Assembly: GCA_041242255.1 (NCBI GenBank)
Contig: JBESAV010000001.1
Coordinates: forward strand, 704,001 to 768,000
Direction: 5' to 3'
DNA: 64,000 bases
DNA from: Candidatus Altimarinota bacterium
Lineage (GTDB): Bacteria > Patescibacteriota > Gracilibacteria > UBA1369 > GCA-2718715
Shown: positions 32,662-42,380 of the stretch, in pieces
How the letters are laid out: every line of letters starts with the position of its first letter
Position numbering within the stretch: the stretch's first letter is position 1
Position numbers and translations under genes: made by a program
The notes under the pieces: model-generated
The model's input: only the letters and a program-made list of their open reading frames with translations
The model's database searches: none
Told to the model about the DNA's origin: nothing

Positions 32662-33213
32662 ATGAAAAAAATAGCTTTAGTCGGAGGACCTTCGACAGGA
32701 AAATCTAGTACATTTAAAGACTTACAAAAGCACTTACCTGATTCAAAATTCCATCCAGAAGCTGCTAGAGAAATAATACAAGAAGATCCATCAATCATTG
32801 AAAGACAACAAGATCTTCAGACCAAGATAAACCAAAGGATCATATAGTCTCTCAACGGTGCTGAAGATGGACTAAACTTTTATGATAGAGCCCTTCCTGA
32901 CCAAGCAGTTTACGATGTATACAGAGGAGATATAAAAGAAAGCAATTTAGACAAATATTTTTCAGTATATGATCCTTCCTACAAGTACGACTTAACTATT
33001 TTCTTTCCATTCAATCCATCATTCTATGAACTAGATAAAGAAAGACACGAAAACATCGAACAGGCTAAACAAATTAGTCAGATAACTAAGTATATTTACT
33101 CTACATATAAAGATTCTATTACAAAAGATCACTCAGAACTACCCATGACCAGCACAATAGAACAAAGAACAAATACCATTATGTTCTTACTCAAATATTT
33201 GAAACTTATTTAA
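32662..33213 (+). pseudogene. AAA_28 (NadR/Ttd14-like) P-loop ATPase/kinase interrupted by an in-frame TAG at 32845-32847
   Basis: GGPSTGKSS and PEAAR, then after the TAG the same frame continues SLNGAEDGLNFYDRALPDQ...YDLTIFF...ERHE to TAA at 33211-33213. Confidence 0.75.
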
Positions 33214-34191
33214 AAACTCTACACACTCTACTGGATATCTACCAACAGAAGTTTCATTACTAAGCAAAACACCTGTCGCACCTTTAAGCATGGCGTGATA
33301 AATATCTACTGCTTCTGCTCTACTAGGAGTAGGGGAGTCAATCATATTTTTCAAAAAATGAGTCGCTGGAAAAACCTTCAACCCTCTTTTCAAGCTCTTT
33401 TCAACTATCAGATCTTGAGTTTGACCAAGATTCTCTAAACCAATTTCAATTCCAAGGTCACCCCTCGCCACCATAACCATTTCAACTCTATCCAGAATAT
33501 CGTCTAAATTTTTTACAGCCTCAGGCCTTTCTATCTTAGCCATAATTAATGGCTCTACATCAACCACATTCTCGGCAACGAACTCTTTCAACTCCTCAAT
33601 ACAATGCTTAGACCTTACAAAAGATAACGAGATAACATCAACCCCCATTTCCAAACCAAACTTTATATCTTTCTTATCTTTCTCAGTGACAGGAGGAAGA
33701 GAGATATTTGTATTTGGTAGATTGATTCCTTTATTTGATTTTAAAACCCATTCATTCAAGGCTCTACACTTAACCATACCATCATCGAAACCAATAACCT
33801 CAAACTGCAACTGACCATCATCTACAAAAACTTTCTCACCAACCTCAAGATCATCAACAAAACCACTATACTGAACAGGAATAACTCTAACAGGAGCATT
33901 AATACTTTCATCAATGTCCACACTGAAGTAAACCTCCTCATCTTTCTCGATATTTAAGGAAGCAGGTGTGATTTCTCCAACCCTTATCTTAGGTCCTTGC
34001 AAGTCTTGTAATATCTTAATCTCTAAATTCAACTCTTCATTCAAGGCTCTTACATCTTCTATAACCCTTTTATATTCTGCATGACTACCATGCGAAAAGT
34101 TCAACCTTACATAATCCATTCCAGCCATTGCCATTTTTTTCAAAACTTTCTTATCATAAGACGCAGGTCCGATTGAACAAATAACTTCCAT
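33187..34191 (-). CDS. pyk: Pyruvate kinase (short form lacking the C-terminal domain)
   Basis: CSIGPAS, RLNFSHG, DLQGPKIR, AKIE, MVARGDLG, LSNETSVGRYP. Confidence 0.92.
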   Translation of the reverse strand: MEVICSIGPASYDKKVLKKMAMAGMDYVRLNFSHGSHAEYKRVIEDVRALNEELNLEIKILQDLQGPKIRVGEITPASLNIEKDEEVYFSVDIDESINAPVRVIPVQYSGFVDDLEVGEKVFVDDGQLQFEVIGFDDGMVKCRALNEWVLKSNKGINLPNTNISLPPVTEKDKKDIKFGLEMGVDVISLSFVRSKHCIEELKEFVAENVVDVEPLIMAKIERPEAVKNLDDILDRVEMVMVARGDLGIEIGLENLGQTQDLIVEKSLKRGLKVFPATHFLKNMIDSPTPSRAEAVDIYHAMLKGATGVLLSNETSVGRYPVECVEFLNKFQIFE

Positions 34192-34275
34192 ATCTAAAAT
34201 TAAACTCTATTTATTATAGCATTTTAATGGCATTTAATCTATATTCTTGACACAAACAAATATAACCACTTAAAA

Positions 34276-35955
34276 ATGTCTCAATTTCATGTTGATCCAG
34301 AAGCTGTAATCGTAGAAAGAAGAAAAAAAGAAGGTCAATTCAACTTGAAATCAAAAGACAAACATTGGGGAGAAGTAATAGCTGAAAAACTTATTGAAAC
34401 AACCCCAAACCCAAAAGATGGAGTCTACACATGCGCAGCTGGTATCACACCTTCAGGTATGGTTCACTTTGGAAATTTTCGCGAAATAATGACCAACTGG
34501 CCCGTTGTAGAAGCTCTTAAAGCTAGAGGTAAAAAAGCCAGACTAATTTTCTCATGGGATGACTATGATAGATTTAGAAAAGTACCAACCAATGTACCTG
34601 AAAACTACTCTCAATACCTTGGACTTCCAGTAAGCCAAATCCCATCTCCAGAAAATCCTAATGAAACCTACGCGGAACATTTCAAAAAAGCACTTGAAGA
34701 TGTTATCCAAAAAATGGGAATCAAAATTGAGTTCAAACACCAAGGAAAACTTTATCCAACTGGGCAATACGCAGATTTGATCTCTAAAGCCCTCAACCAA
34801 AAAGATAAAATCGCAGATATCCTTTGGGCATTTATGTCTGAGAAGTCACAAGCTCAAAAAGGTTCTCTAGATGAATACAAATCTAACTTCTGGCCAGGAA
34901 CAATCTATTCATCATTTACTGGAAAAGATAACACTGAAATACTCGAATTCGATGGGGAATACAGTCTCACCTACAAATGCTTAGACACGGAAAAAACTGA
35001 AACAATAGACATCAGAAAACAGTCCCAATTAAAACTAGGTTGGAAAATCGACTGGCCAATGCGTTGGGCTTTCGAAGGAGTAAATTTTGAACCAGGAGGA
35101 AAAGATCATTCAACTTACGGTGGTAGTTATGATGTAGCCTCAGTTATTGCTCGTGAGATTTTCGAAATCGAACCACCATTCTACCAAGCTTACGGATTCA
35201 TTAACATAAAAGGAAATGAAGGTAAGATGTCATCCTCTAAAGGAAATGCCCTAACTCCATCAGAATTACTTGAAGTATACGAACTCCCAATCCTTAAATG
35301 GGTATACACAAGAAGCATGCCAAAGAAAGAATTTGATTTAGCTTTTGACTCAGACCTTATTCGCTTATATGACGAATACGACAGAACAGTCGCAAAAATA
35401 GACAAAATAGATCAATCCAAAGCCAATGGATTACGTTTAGCAATTCAAGGAATAAACCAAGACAGACTTGAAAACCCTGCTTCATTTAGACAATTAACAG
35501 GGTGGGCTCAAATCGTAGACTGGGACGAACAAAAACTCACCAAACTATTCCAAGAACAAGAACTAAATTACAATCAAGAATCAATCCACTTAAGATTAGA
35601 AAATGCAAAAAATTGGATGGAACAATACAATCAAGACGAACTACTAGAGTTATTACAAGAACCAAACCAAGAATATATTTCCCAAATGAGCCAAGAACGC
35701 AAACAAAGAGTCAACGAAATGAAAACCTTCTTAAAAGAAAACCAAGATCTAAAAATCGATGATATTAATCACAAAATGTACGAAATACCAAAAGATGGAA
35801 AAGAGAACATAGAGTTAGAAGAAAAAAAATCACGTCAAAAAGACTTTTTCCAAGATATTTACATGCTACTACTAAACCAAGAGAGGGGACCAAGACTGTC
35901 CACATTTCTATGGGCATTAGATAGAGAGCAGGTCATAAAACTTCTAAGTGTTTAA
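34276..35955 (+). CDS. lysS: Lysine--tRNA ligase, class I
   Basis: GITPSGMVHFGNFRE, WKIDWPMRW, EPGGKDH, KMSSSKG, GPRL. Confidence 0.92.
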   Translation: MSQFHVDPEAVIVERRKKEGQFNLKSKDKHWGEVIAEKLIETTPNPKDGVYTCAAGITPSGMVHFGNFREIMTNWPVVEALKARGKKARLIFSWDDYDRFRKVPTNVPENYSQYLGLPVSQIPSPENPNETYAEHFKKALEDVIQKMGIKIEFKHQGKLYPTGQYADLISKALNQKDKIADILWAFMSEKSQAQKGSLDEYKSNFWPGTIYSSFTGKDNTEILEFDGEYSLTYKCLDTEKTETIDIRKQSQLKLGWKIDWPMRWAFEGVNFEPGGKDHSTYGGSYDVASVIAREIFEIEPPFYQAYGFINIKGNEGKMSSSKGNALTPSELLEVYELPILKWVYTRSMPKKEFDLAFDSDLIRLYDEYDRTVAKIDKIDQSKANGLRLAIQGINQDRLENPASFRQLTGWAQIVDWDEQKLTKLFQEQELNYNQESIHLRLENAKNWMEQYNQDELLELLQEPNQEYISQMSQERKQRVNEMKTFLKENQDLKIDDINHKMYEIPKDGKENIELEEKKSRQKDFFQDIYMLLLNQERGPRLSTFLWALDREQVIKLLSV

Positions 35956-35958
35956 AAT

Positions 35959-35985
35959 AAAAGACCTCGCAAAGAGGTCTTTTTT
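35959..35985. terminator. Bidirectional intrinsic terminator
   Basis: AAAAGACCTC-GCAAA-GAGGTCTTTTTT between convergent lysS and glmS. Confidence 0.8.
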
Positions 35986-37767
35986 CTATTTTACGGTCAC
36001 ACTTTTAGCCAGATTCCTCGGCTTATCAGGATTATTACCTCTTAATAAACCTAAGTGATAAGAAAGGATTTGAATCGGAATCAAATTAACAATCGGAGAA
36101 GTCAAACCGTTTTCATCAACTTGAGGGACATTAATCCAATGATCAAAAATTGGGTTATTTTTTGGAGAAACCCCAATCACATAACCACCACGTGTTTTCA
36201 CCTCAGTTGCATTCGAAATAATATCTTCATAATTCTCATCATCCGGAGCAAAAACAATTACTGGAACATTATCAGATATCAGAGCCAAAGGACCATGTTT
36301 TAACTCCCCACCTGCAAAACCTTCAGCATGTATATAACTAACCTCTTGTAATTTAATTGCTGATTCTAAGGCAATTGGATAATTTATTCCTTTACCGATT
36401 ATATACATACTCTCATTTTCATATATTGATTCAGCCAAAGACCTTAACCTATCTTCATACCTAGGATTTAACATATCATTTATCTCACCACATGTATCCA
36501 CTAGCAACCTCTTACCCTCATCAATTTTTCCAGCAGCTGCAAAAGCCAATAGCAAAATAATAGCCAACTGTGCAGTTGTAGCTTTAGTCGAAGCCACTGC
36601 TTTTTCCGGACCAACCTTAATATGCAAAGTATAATCAGTCATACGATCAATTGTTGACTCTTTTACATTCAAAATAGACGCAGTTCGCGAACCCTTCTTT
36701 TGTGCTATTTCCAAAGCCTCAATCGTATCTGCCGTCTCTCCACTCTGACTTATTGCGATAACTAAACTTTCATCCTGAAGATAATGCCTACAATGTTTAA
36801 ACTCAGAACCAAATTCAAAATTTATATGCTTTTTAGCAATCTCCGAAAATATATAAGTCCCTGCCAAACCAACCTTTCCCGCGGTTCCACAGCCTACAAA
36901 ATACGTACCAAATGCATTTTTAATCAACTCAGCTATTTCCAAGATCTCATCATCATCTTGATTAATACTTCTACTAATCGAATCTTTCTGCTCCATGATC
37001 TCCTTAATCATAAAATGAGGATAATCTCCCAACTGACTCTCTACTGGATCCAAATCAACTTCTATCAATCTTTTCTCAACCTTTTCTAAAGTAACCAAAT
37101 CATAGAAAACAACTTCATCCTCCCTCAAAACAGCCATTTCCCCATCATCCAAGTACAACACTTCATTTGTATACTCCAAAAAAGCAGGTATATCAGAGGC
37201 AATATACTTTGCTTCATTAGATACACCAATTATGAGTGGCGCTCCTCCTCGCACTGCAATTATCTCCTCCTCTCCCTCTCTTAAAACTAAAAATGCATAA
37301 CGACCTTTCAACCTTCCATCAACTTTTTTAATAGCTTCCAATAAACCCAAACTATTTAAATAATAATCTAAAAGATGAACTATTACCTCAGTATCAGTCT
37401 CAGAAACAAATTCATAACCATAACCCACCAGCTCATCTTTTAAATCTAAATAATTATCAACAATACCATTGTGAACTACATAAAGCTTCTCATCTCTGGA
37501 GTAATGAGGATGAGTATTAACTTTGTTAACTTTTCCATGTGTGGCCCATCTCGAGTGCCCAACACCTACTTTCCCTTCAAAAGTTTTTATTAAACCAAAA
37601 TCAAATTCACTAATCGCACCAACTTCCTTGTGGATATTCACTTCTCCTTGTTCAGACAATATAGCCACTCCCCATGAATCATATCCTCTATACTCTAATG
37701 ACTCCAAACCCTTAAAGGTAACTTCAACAGCATTATCATTACCCACAAATCCAAATATACCGCACAT
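35986..37767 (-). CDS. glmS: Glutamine--fructose-6-phosphate transaminase
   Basis: MCGIFG, LEYRGYDS, HSRWATHG, SQSGETAD, PRNLAKSVTV. Confidence 0.97.
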   Translation of the reverse strand: MCGIFGFVGNDNAVEVTFKGLESLEYRGYDSWGVAILSEQGEVNIHKEVGAISEFDFGLIKTFEGKVGVGHSRWATHGKVNKVNTHPHYSRDEKLYVVHNGIVDNYLDLKDELVGYGYEFVSETDTEVIVHLLDYYLNSLGLLEAIKKVDGRLKGRYAFLVLREGEEEIIAVRGGAPLIIGVSNEAKYIASDIPAFLEYTNEVLYLDDGEMAVLREDEVVFYDLVTLEKVEKRLIEVDLDPVESQLGDYPHFMIKEIMEQKDSISRSINQDDDEILEIAELIKNAFGTYFVGCGTAGKVGLAGTYIFSEIAKKHINFEFGSEFKHCRHYLQDESLVIAISQSGETADTIEALEIAQKKGSRTASILNVKESTIDRMTDYTLHIKVGPEKAVASTKATTAQLAIILLLAFAAAGKIDEGKRLLVDTCGEINDMLNPRYEDRLRSLAESIYENESMYIIGKGINYPIALESAIKLQEVSYIHAEGFAGGELKHGPLALISDNVPVIVFAPDDENYEDIISNATEVKTRGGYVIGVSPKNNPIFDHWINVPQVDENGLTSPIVNLIPIQILSYHLGLLRGNNPDKPRNLAKSVTVK

Positions 37768-37922
37768 AATAAAAATTTAAGATAAGATAATTATAAGATA
37801 TCATCCCTCTTAAAAAAACTTGCAAATGACACACGACGAGCAAACCATCAGCTTTCTTGACAAATAAGCTATTGCTATATCTTGAAAAATTATGCATATT
37901 ATGTGCTGATTAATATTTCAAA

Positions 37923-39272
37923 ATGTTTTGTGACGAAGTAACATTCAGAGCGATCGCCGGTCAAGGCGGAAATGGAGTTGTTAGCTTCAGAAGAATGGCA
38001 TACCTACCAAAAGGTGGACCTGATGGTGGTGATGGTGGTAAAGGAGGAGATATCATCCTCAAAGCAAACCCAAACCTAAACACTCTTTTCGATTACAAAG
38101 CACAAAATGAATTTCATGCAGAAAACGGCGTCTCTGGTGGGAAAAATGACAGAAGGGGTAGAGGTGGAGAAGACCTCATCTTAGAAGTTCCTGTTGGTAC
38201 AAAAGTATTCGACAACGAAACTCAAGACTTAATTTTTGATATCAACCAACCAAACTCTTCATACGTAATTGTAAAGGGGGGTAGAGGTGGTTATGGAAAC
38301 GCACATTTCGTATCAAGCACTAGACAAGCACCTCGTTTTGCTGAACTGGGAGAACCAGGTGAAGAAAAAGAACTCAGACTTGAGTTAAATCTAGTTGCAG
38401 ATGTAGGAATTATTGGGTTCCCTTCAGCTGGAAAATCCACACTAATCTCAGTGATATCAAATGCAAAACCAAAAATTGCAGCCTACCACTTTACAACTCT
38501 CGTTCCAAACCTAGGTGTAGTTACACTAGATAAATTCGGAGGAAACAAGAAACAAAACTTTGTAGTAGCCGACATACCAGGATTGATCGAAGGAGCTTCA
38601 GAAGGAAAAGGACTAGGTATTAGTTTCTTAAAACACATAAAAAGAACTGCTGGATTAATTCACCTAATAGACATAACCGATCCAGATTTCATTTCAAAAT
38701 ACAAAAAAATAAACTTAGAACTAAATAGATTCGATAAAGAATTAGCACAAAGAAAACAATTCATAGTTTTGAACAAAATCGACTCAATAACAGAAGAAGA
38801 CACAAAAGTAGCTATAGATCTACTTCAAGATGAATACCCTGAAATTGAAAAAGTTTATGCTATTTCAGCAGTAAGTCACACTGGTTTAAAAGAGCTAGTA
38901 ATAGATGTTTACAACTGGATACAAGACAATAAAGAACAAATCCATGAAGAATTCTTTGAAACTGAAGAAGCCGACCACAAGGTTTATTCTCCACATCTAG
39001 AAGATCCAAAACGAAACTTAATATCAACCGAAGGAACTATCACCAAAAGGGACAGATATACTGACGAAGAATATGAGGCTAAAATATTTAGAGTGTCAGG
39101 AACAAGAATCGAGCAAATCGCAATAATGACAGACTTCACAAATCATGAAGCTGTTAACAGAATCTTTGATGTTTTCAAAAAAATGGGAATAGACAAGATG
39201 CTAAAAGCTAATGGAGCTAAACCAGGAGATGTAGTAAAAATAGGTAAAACAGAAGTAATCTTTAGAGGATAA
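37923..39272 (+). CDS. obgE: GTPase ObgE/CgtA
   Basis: Gly-rich Obg domain, GFPSAGKST, DIPG, NKID, C-terminal OCT domain. Confidence 0.96.
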   Translation: MFCDEVTFRAIAGQGGNGVVSFRRMAYLPKGGPDGGDGGKGGDIILKANPNLNTLFDYKAQNEFHAENGVSGGKNDRRGRGGEDLILEVPVGTKVFDNETQDLIFDINQPNSSYVIVKGGRGGYGNAHFVSSTRQAPRFAELGEPGEEKELRLELNLVADVGIIGFPSAGKSTLISVISNAKPKIAAYHFTTLVPNLGVVTLDKFGGNKKQNFVVADIPGLIEGASEGKGLGISFLKHIKRTAGLIHLIDITDPDFISKYKKINLELNRFDKELAQRKQFIVLNKIDSITEEDTKVAIDLLQDEYPEIEKVYAISAVSHTGLKELVIDVYNWIQDNKEQIHEEFFETEEADHKVYSPHLEDPKRNLISTEGTITKRDRYTDEEYEAKIFRVSGTRIEQIAIMTDFTNHEAVNRIFDVFKKMGIDKMLKANGAKPGDVVKIGKTEVIFRG

Positions 39273-39802
39273 TGACAGAGTTAAAAACCCTCGATGAGCT
39301 ACTTCAGCCAGCAAACAGGCGGTACCAAAGACCTAAAACTCAGCTTACTACGTTGGCTGCTCTTCTAGTTTTTTCAGGTACTATATTCTACCTCAATCAT
39401 CTCTTTCAAAGACTTGAAACAAACTCTAAAGATACTGAGGTAATTAAACAGATCCAACTAATCCAATCACTACAATTACAAACATGTCAAAAAACAGAGC
39501 ATGAGATTAACTGCGAAACTCATACAGTCATCCCTCAGTCAGAACCAAACCAAAGAACATCCCTTTCGATCTTAGATGCAAATCAAAACCTACAAACCAC
39601 CTTCCATTGGCAATACCATCAATCCAATAAATTCCTTATAGAAATCAACAAACCCAAACAGTATTTTTGGTGTACAATCGACAATCAGTCTTTAATTTGT
39701 CATAATCAAAACAAGCAAAAATCAATCCAGAAATTCTCTCTTGAAAACCACACATCCTCACTCTTAAATATTCCACATGAAAGTAATAATCGGACTAGGT
39801 AA
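39272..39802 (+). CDS. Hypothetical single-TM protein
   Basis: TAATG-coupled to obgE; one TM and four Cys; no family recognised. Confidence 0.5.
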   Translation: MTELKTLDELLQPANRRYQRPKTQLTTLAALLVFSGTIFYLNHLFQRLETNSKDTEVIKQIQLIQSLQLQTCQKTEHEINCETHTVIPQSEPNQRTSLSILDANQNLQTTFHWQYHQSNKFLIEINKPKQYFWCTIDNQSLICHNQNKQKSIQKFSLENHTSSLLNIPHESNNRTR

Positions 39803-40301
39803 TCCAGGCAAGAAATACTTAACAACTAGACACAACATAGGTTTTTTATTTTTAGACTGGCTTGCACAAACACAATATTCTGAGAAAAACTTCTCAAACA
39901 ATAAAAAACTTCAAGCAGAAACACTTGAACTAAACGACAACAACCAAAAGATCATCTTAGCAAAACCTACAACTTTCATGAATCTTTCAGGAGATTGTTT
40001 TTCCAAAATCAAAAACTACTATGATTTAGAAAACAAAGACTTTCTTATAGTTTACGACGATATAGACATAGACTTTGGAGACTCTCGATTTAGAGAAAAG
40101 GGCAGCGGAGGTACTCACAATGGTATGCGCTCAATCCTAAAACACTCTGATTCCAACGACATACCAAGACTCAGATTAGGGGTAAATAACACACATAGAC
40201 AGCATCAAGAATTATCAGATTTTGTTCTATCAAATTTCTCTAAAGATGAATTGAAACAGCTTTCAGAAATATTTTTAGAAGCATACAAAAAGCTGATTTA
40301 G
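39777..40301 (+). CDS. pth: Peptidyl-tRNA hydrolase
   Basis: GLGNPG...TRHNIG, KPTTFMNLSG, GTHNG. Confidence 0.95.
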   Translation: MKVIIGLGNPGKKYLTTRHNIGFLFLDWLAQTQYSEKNFSNNKKLQAETLELNDNNQKIILAKPTTFMNLSGDCFSKIKNYYDLENKDFLIVYDDIDIDFGDSRFREKGSGGTHNGMRSILKHSDSNDIPRLRLGVNNTHRQHQELSDFVLSNFSKDELKQLSEIFLEAYKKLI

Positions 40302-40371
40302 GTAATTTTAATTTGCCTTATTTAAAAGGATTATGTATATTCCCCATGCTAGTAATTAATTACATCTTAAC

Positions 40372-40686
40372 ATGTTTGCAGTAATAGAATTCGCAGGACA
40401 CCAATACAAAGTTCAAGAAGGTGACAAATTCTCAGTAAACAGACTTTCTGAAAAAGAAGGATCTAAAATCACTGTAGAAAACGTACTTATGACTTTTGAC
40501 GCTGACGGAAAAGACGCAAAAGTTGGAAAACCAACAGTATCTGGAGCTAAAGTAGAACTTAAAGTTCTAGAGCACAAAAAAGAAGCAAAGAAAAGAGTCT
40601 TCAAAATGAAACCAAAGAAAAGATATAGAAGAAACAAAAGCTTCAGACCATCAGTTTCAGTAGTAGAAGTTGTAAAAGTATCTTAA
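40372..40686 (+). CDS. rplU: 50S ribosomal protein L21
   Basis: MFAVIEFAGHQYKV, GKPTV, FKMKPKKRY. Confidence 0.93.
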   Translation: MFAVIEFAGHQYKVQEGDKFSVNRLSEKEGSKITVENVLMTFDADGKDAKVGKPTVSGAKVELKVLEHKKEAKKRVFKMKPKKRYRRNKSFRPSVSVVEVVKVS

Positions 40687-40704
40687 GCCCTACAACCAAA
40701 ATAT

Positions 40705-40729
40705 AAAACCTACCCTAAAGTAGGTTTTT
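40705..40729 (+). terminator. Intrinsic terminator after rplU
   Basis: AAAACCTAC-CCTAAA-GTAGGTTTTT. Confidence 0.7.
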
Positions 40730-40750
40730 ATTTTATTATAATAAAAAACT

Positions 40751-41500
40751 ATGCAAAAACTATACCAATCAGAACAAGCCTGCCAAACATTCACCGATAG
40801 ACAAAATAATGCAACACATGCATCTATAAGCAAAATAATTGCTAAAGCAATTCAACAAAACAAAGGTGATTTCAATCAAATACTAAACTTAAGCGGAAGA
40901 GGAAACCCACAATTTTTCAGTGAAATACTTTCACAATTTGATGAAACAATATGGCTAACACCAAGCCAAGCAATGGCTAACCTTGCCAACAAAAACAAAC
41001 AAGAAGATTCTAATCTCAAAATAGAAATTGGCAATCCGATAAGCTATCTTTCAACACTACCAGATGAGTCTCTTCAAGTCGTTTTTATGAAATACACTAT
41101 TGCAGAAATCCAAGACATAGATTCATTTTTCGGACTACTTTCAAAAAAGTTAGTAAAAGGCGGGAAATTTATAGCTAACCTATCTGACAGAAATAATATA
41201 CCAAGACATAGTAGCAATGGATCATTTTTTGTTAATAACGAACTTGTTAACGAAGATGGTCTAGCTCTAGAAAATGGTCAAAAATATACAGTAAAATTTC
41301 TAAAAGAGTATAAAAATCCATCATCAGGATACATACCTGAAGCAGAACTAAACTTCTACTACCACAACTACGAAACAATAAAAGAAAGTATTCAGAACGC
41401 TGACCTACAAATTTCTTTCTTTGGAAACTACCAGGATTTATTCACTGTAGATTTAGAAGCACAAGTTGAAACAGATTTATTAATTCTTACAAAAGACTAG
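40751..41500 (+). CDS. Class I SAM-methyltransferase-fold protein (degenerate motif I)
   Basis: ILNLSGRGN in place of LDLGCG; LPDESLQVV; KKLVKGGKF. Confidence 0.5.
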   Translation: MQKLYQSEQACQTFTDRQNNATHASISKIIAKAIQQNKGDFNQILNLSGRGNPQFFSEILSQFDETIWLTPSQAMANLANKNKQEDSNLKIEIGNPISYLSTLPDESLQVVFMKYTIAEIQDIDSFFGLLSKKLVKGGKFIANLSDRNNIPRHSSNGSFFVNNELVNEDGLALENGQKYTVKFLKEYKNPSSGYIPEAELNFYYHNYETIKESIQNADLQISFFGNYQDLFTVDLEAQVETDLLILTKD

Positions 41501-42380
41501 AAACATCTACTCTCTTTGCGCCAACCTCTTTAGTCATATCCCTATTCCAAAAGCTCATACCTTCAATCTCAGAAGCTGACAAAAAATCAGTTTTTTCTGG
41601 ATTTTCATACAACACACCCATAGCAACATCTATATCCATATCTTCAACAATCTTTCGCGCTTGCCAGATATCATTACAATCGTAATCTTTCATATCAATC
41701 ACATCCGTAAACCTCTGCTCATACCACTCGTCTGGTGTCTCTTTATTGTAAGTAGGACAAGCTTGCATAACCTCTACAAATGCAAAACCATTATGGTTCA
41801 TAGCTTTTCTAAAAATATCAGTCATATGCTCAACTCTACCGGAATAAGTTCTAGCTACAAAAGAAGGTTTTAAGCTCAATACGAACTGACATACATTAAG
41901 CTCATCAACAACAGTTCCATAAGGGCTAGCATTCCTCTCAATACCTTTTCTTGTTGTTGCAGAGGCTTGCCCGGTTGTTAGCCCATAATTTTCATTATTA
42001 TGCAAAATAAACATAATCGGATAATCATTTCTAACAGCATGAACCAAATGATTTACACCTTCACTCATGGTAGCACCATCACCTGCAGAAGCAATAACTT
42101 TAACTCTTGGATTAGCAGTCTTTACACCTGCGGCCAATGGAAGAACCCTTCCATGTAAACCATGAACAGTAAACATATCAACTTTATCAGATCCGTTACC
42201 ATTACACCCAACATCATAACACAAAATAACATCTTCAAGCCCCAAATCTTCCAAAACAATTGCTCTATTCAAAGCATTTTGAATACCATAATTACCGCAA
42301 TTACTGCACCAAGTTGTTTTCCATTCAACTCCTAAGTCACATATCTTATCAGCACAACTTAATAACTTTTTATTTACCAT
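41487..42380 (-). CDS. 2-oxoacid:ferredoxin oxidoreductase beta subunit
   Basis: WCSNCGN, GLHGRVLP, GDG TPP motif, NENYGLTTGQ, QACPTY. Confidence 0.92.
   Translation of the reverse strand: MVNKKLLSCADKICDLGVEWKTTWCSNCGNYGIQNALNRAIVLEDLGLEDVILCYDVGCNGNGSDKVDMFTVHGLHGRVLPLAAGVKTANPRVKVIASAGDGATMSEGVNHLVHAVRNDYPIMFILHNNENYGLTTGQASATTRKGIERNASPYGTVVDELNVCQFVLSLKPSFVARTYSGRVEHMTDIFRKAMNHNGFAFVEVMQACPTYNKETPDEWYEQRFTDVIDMKDYDCNDIWQARKIVEDMDIDVAMGVLYENPEKTDFLSASEIEGMSFWNRDMTKEVGAKRVDVSSLL

Noticed and set aside
32845-32847. Genome-wide TAG reassignment or pyrrolysine insertion
   Set aside because: TAG terminates tsf, glmS and pth normally; no pyl genes or suppressor tRNA in the window.
37826-37867. 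13-codon ORF MTHDEQTISFLDK upstream of obgE as a leader peptide
   Set aside because: No attenuator hairpins or biased codons; it overlaps a likely -35 element and is expected by chance.
37768-37922. glmS ribozyme upstream of glmS
   Set aside because: No AGCGCC core on the glmS strand; the GACGAG seen is on the opposite strand.
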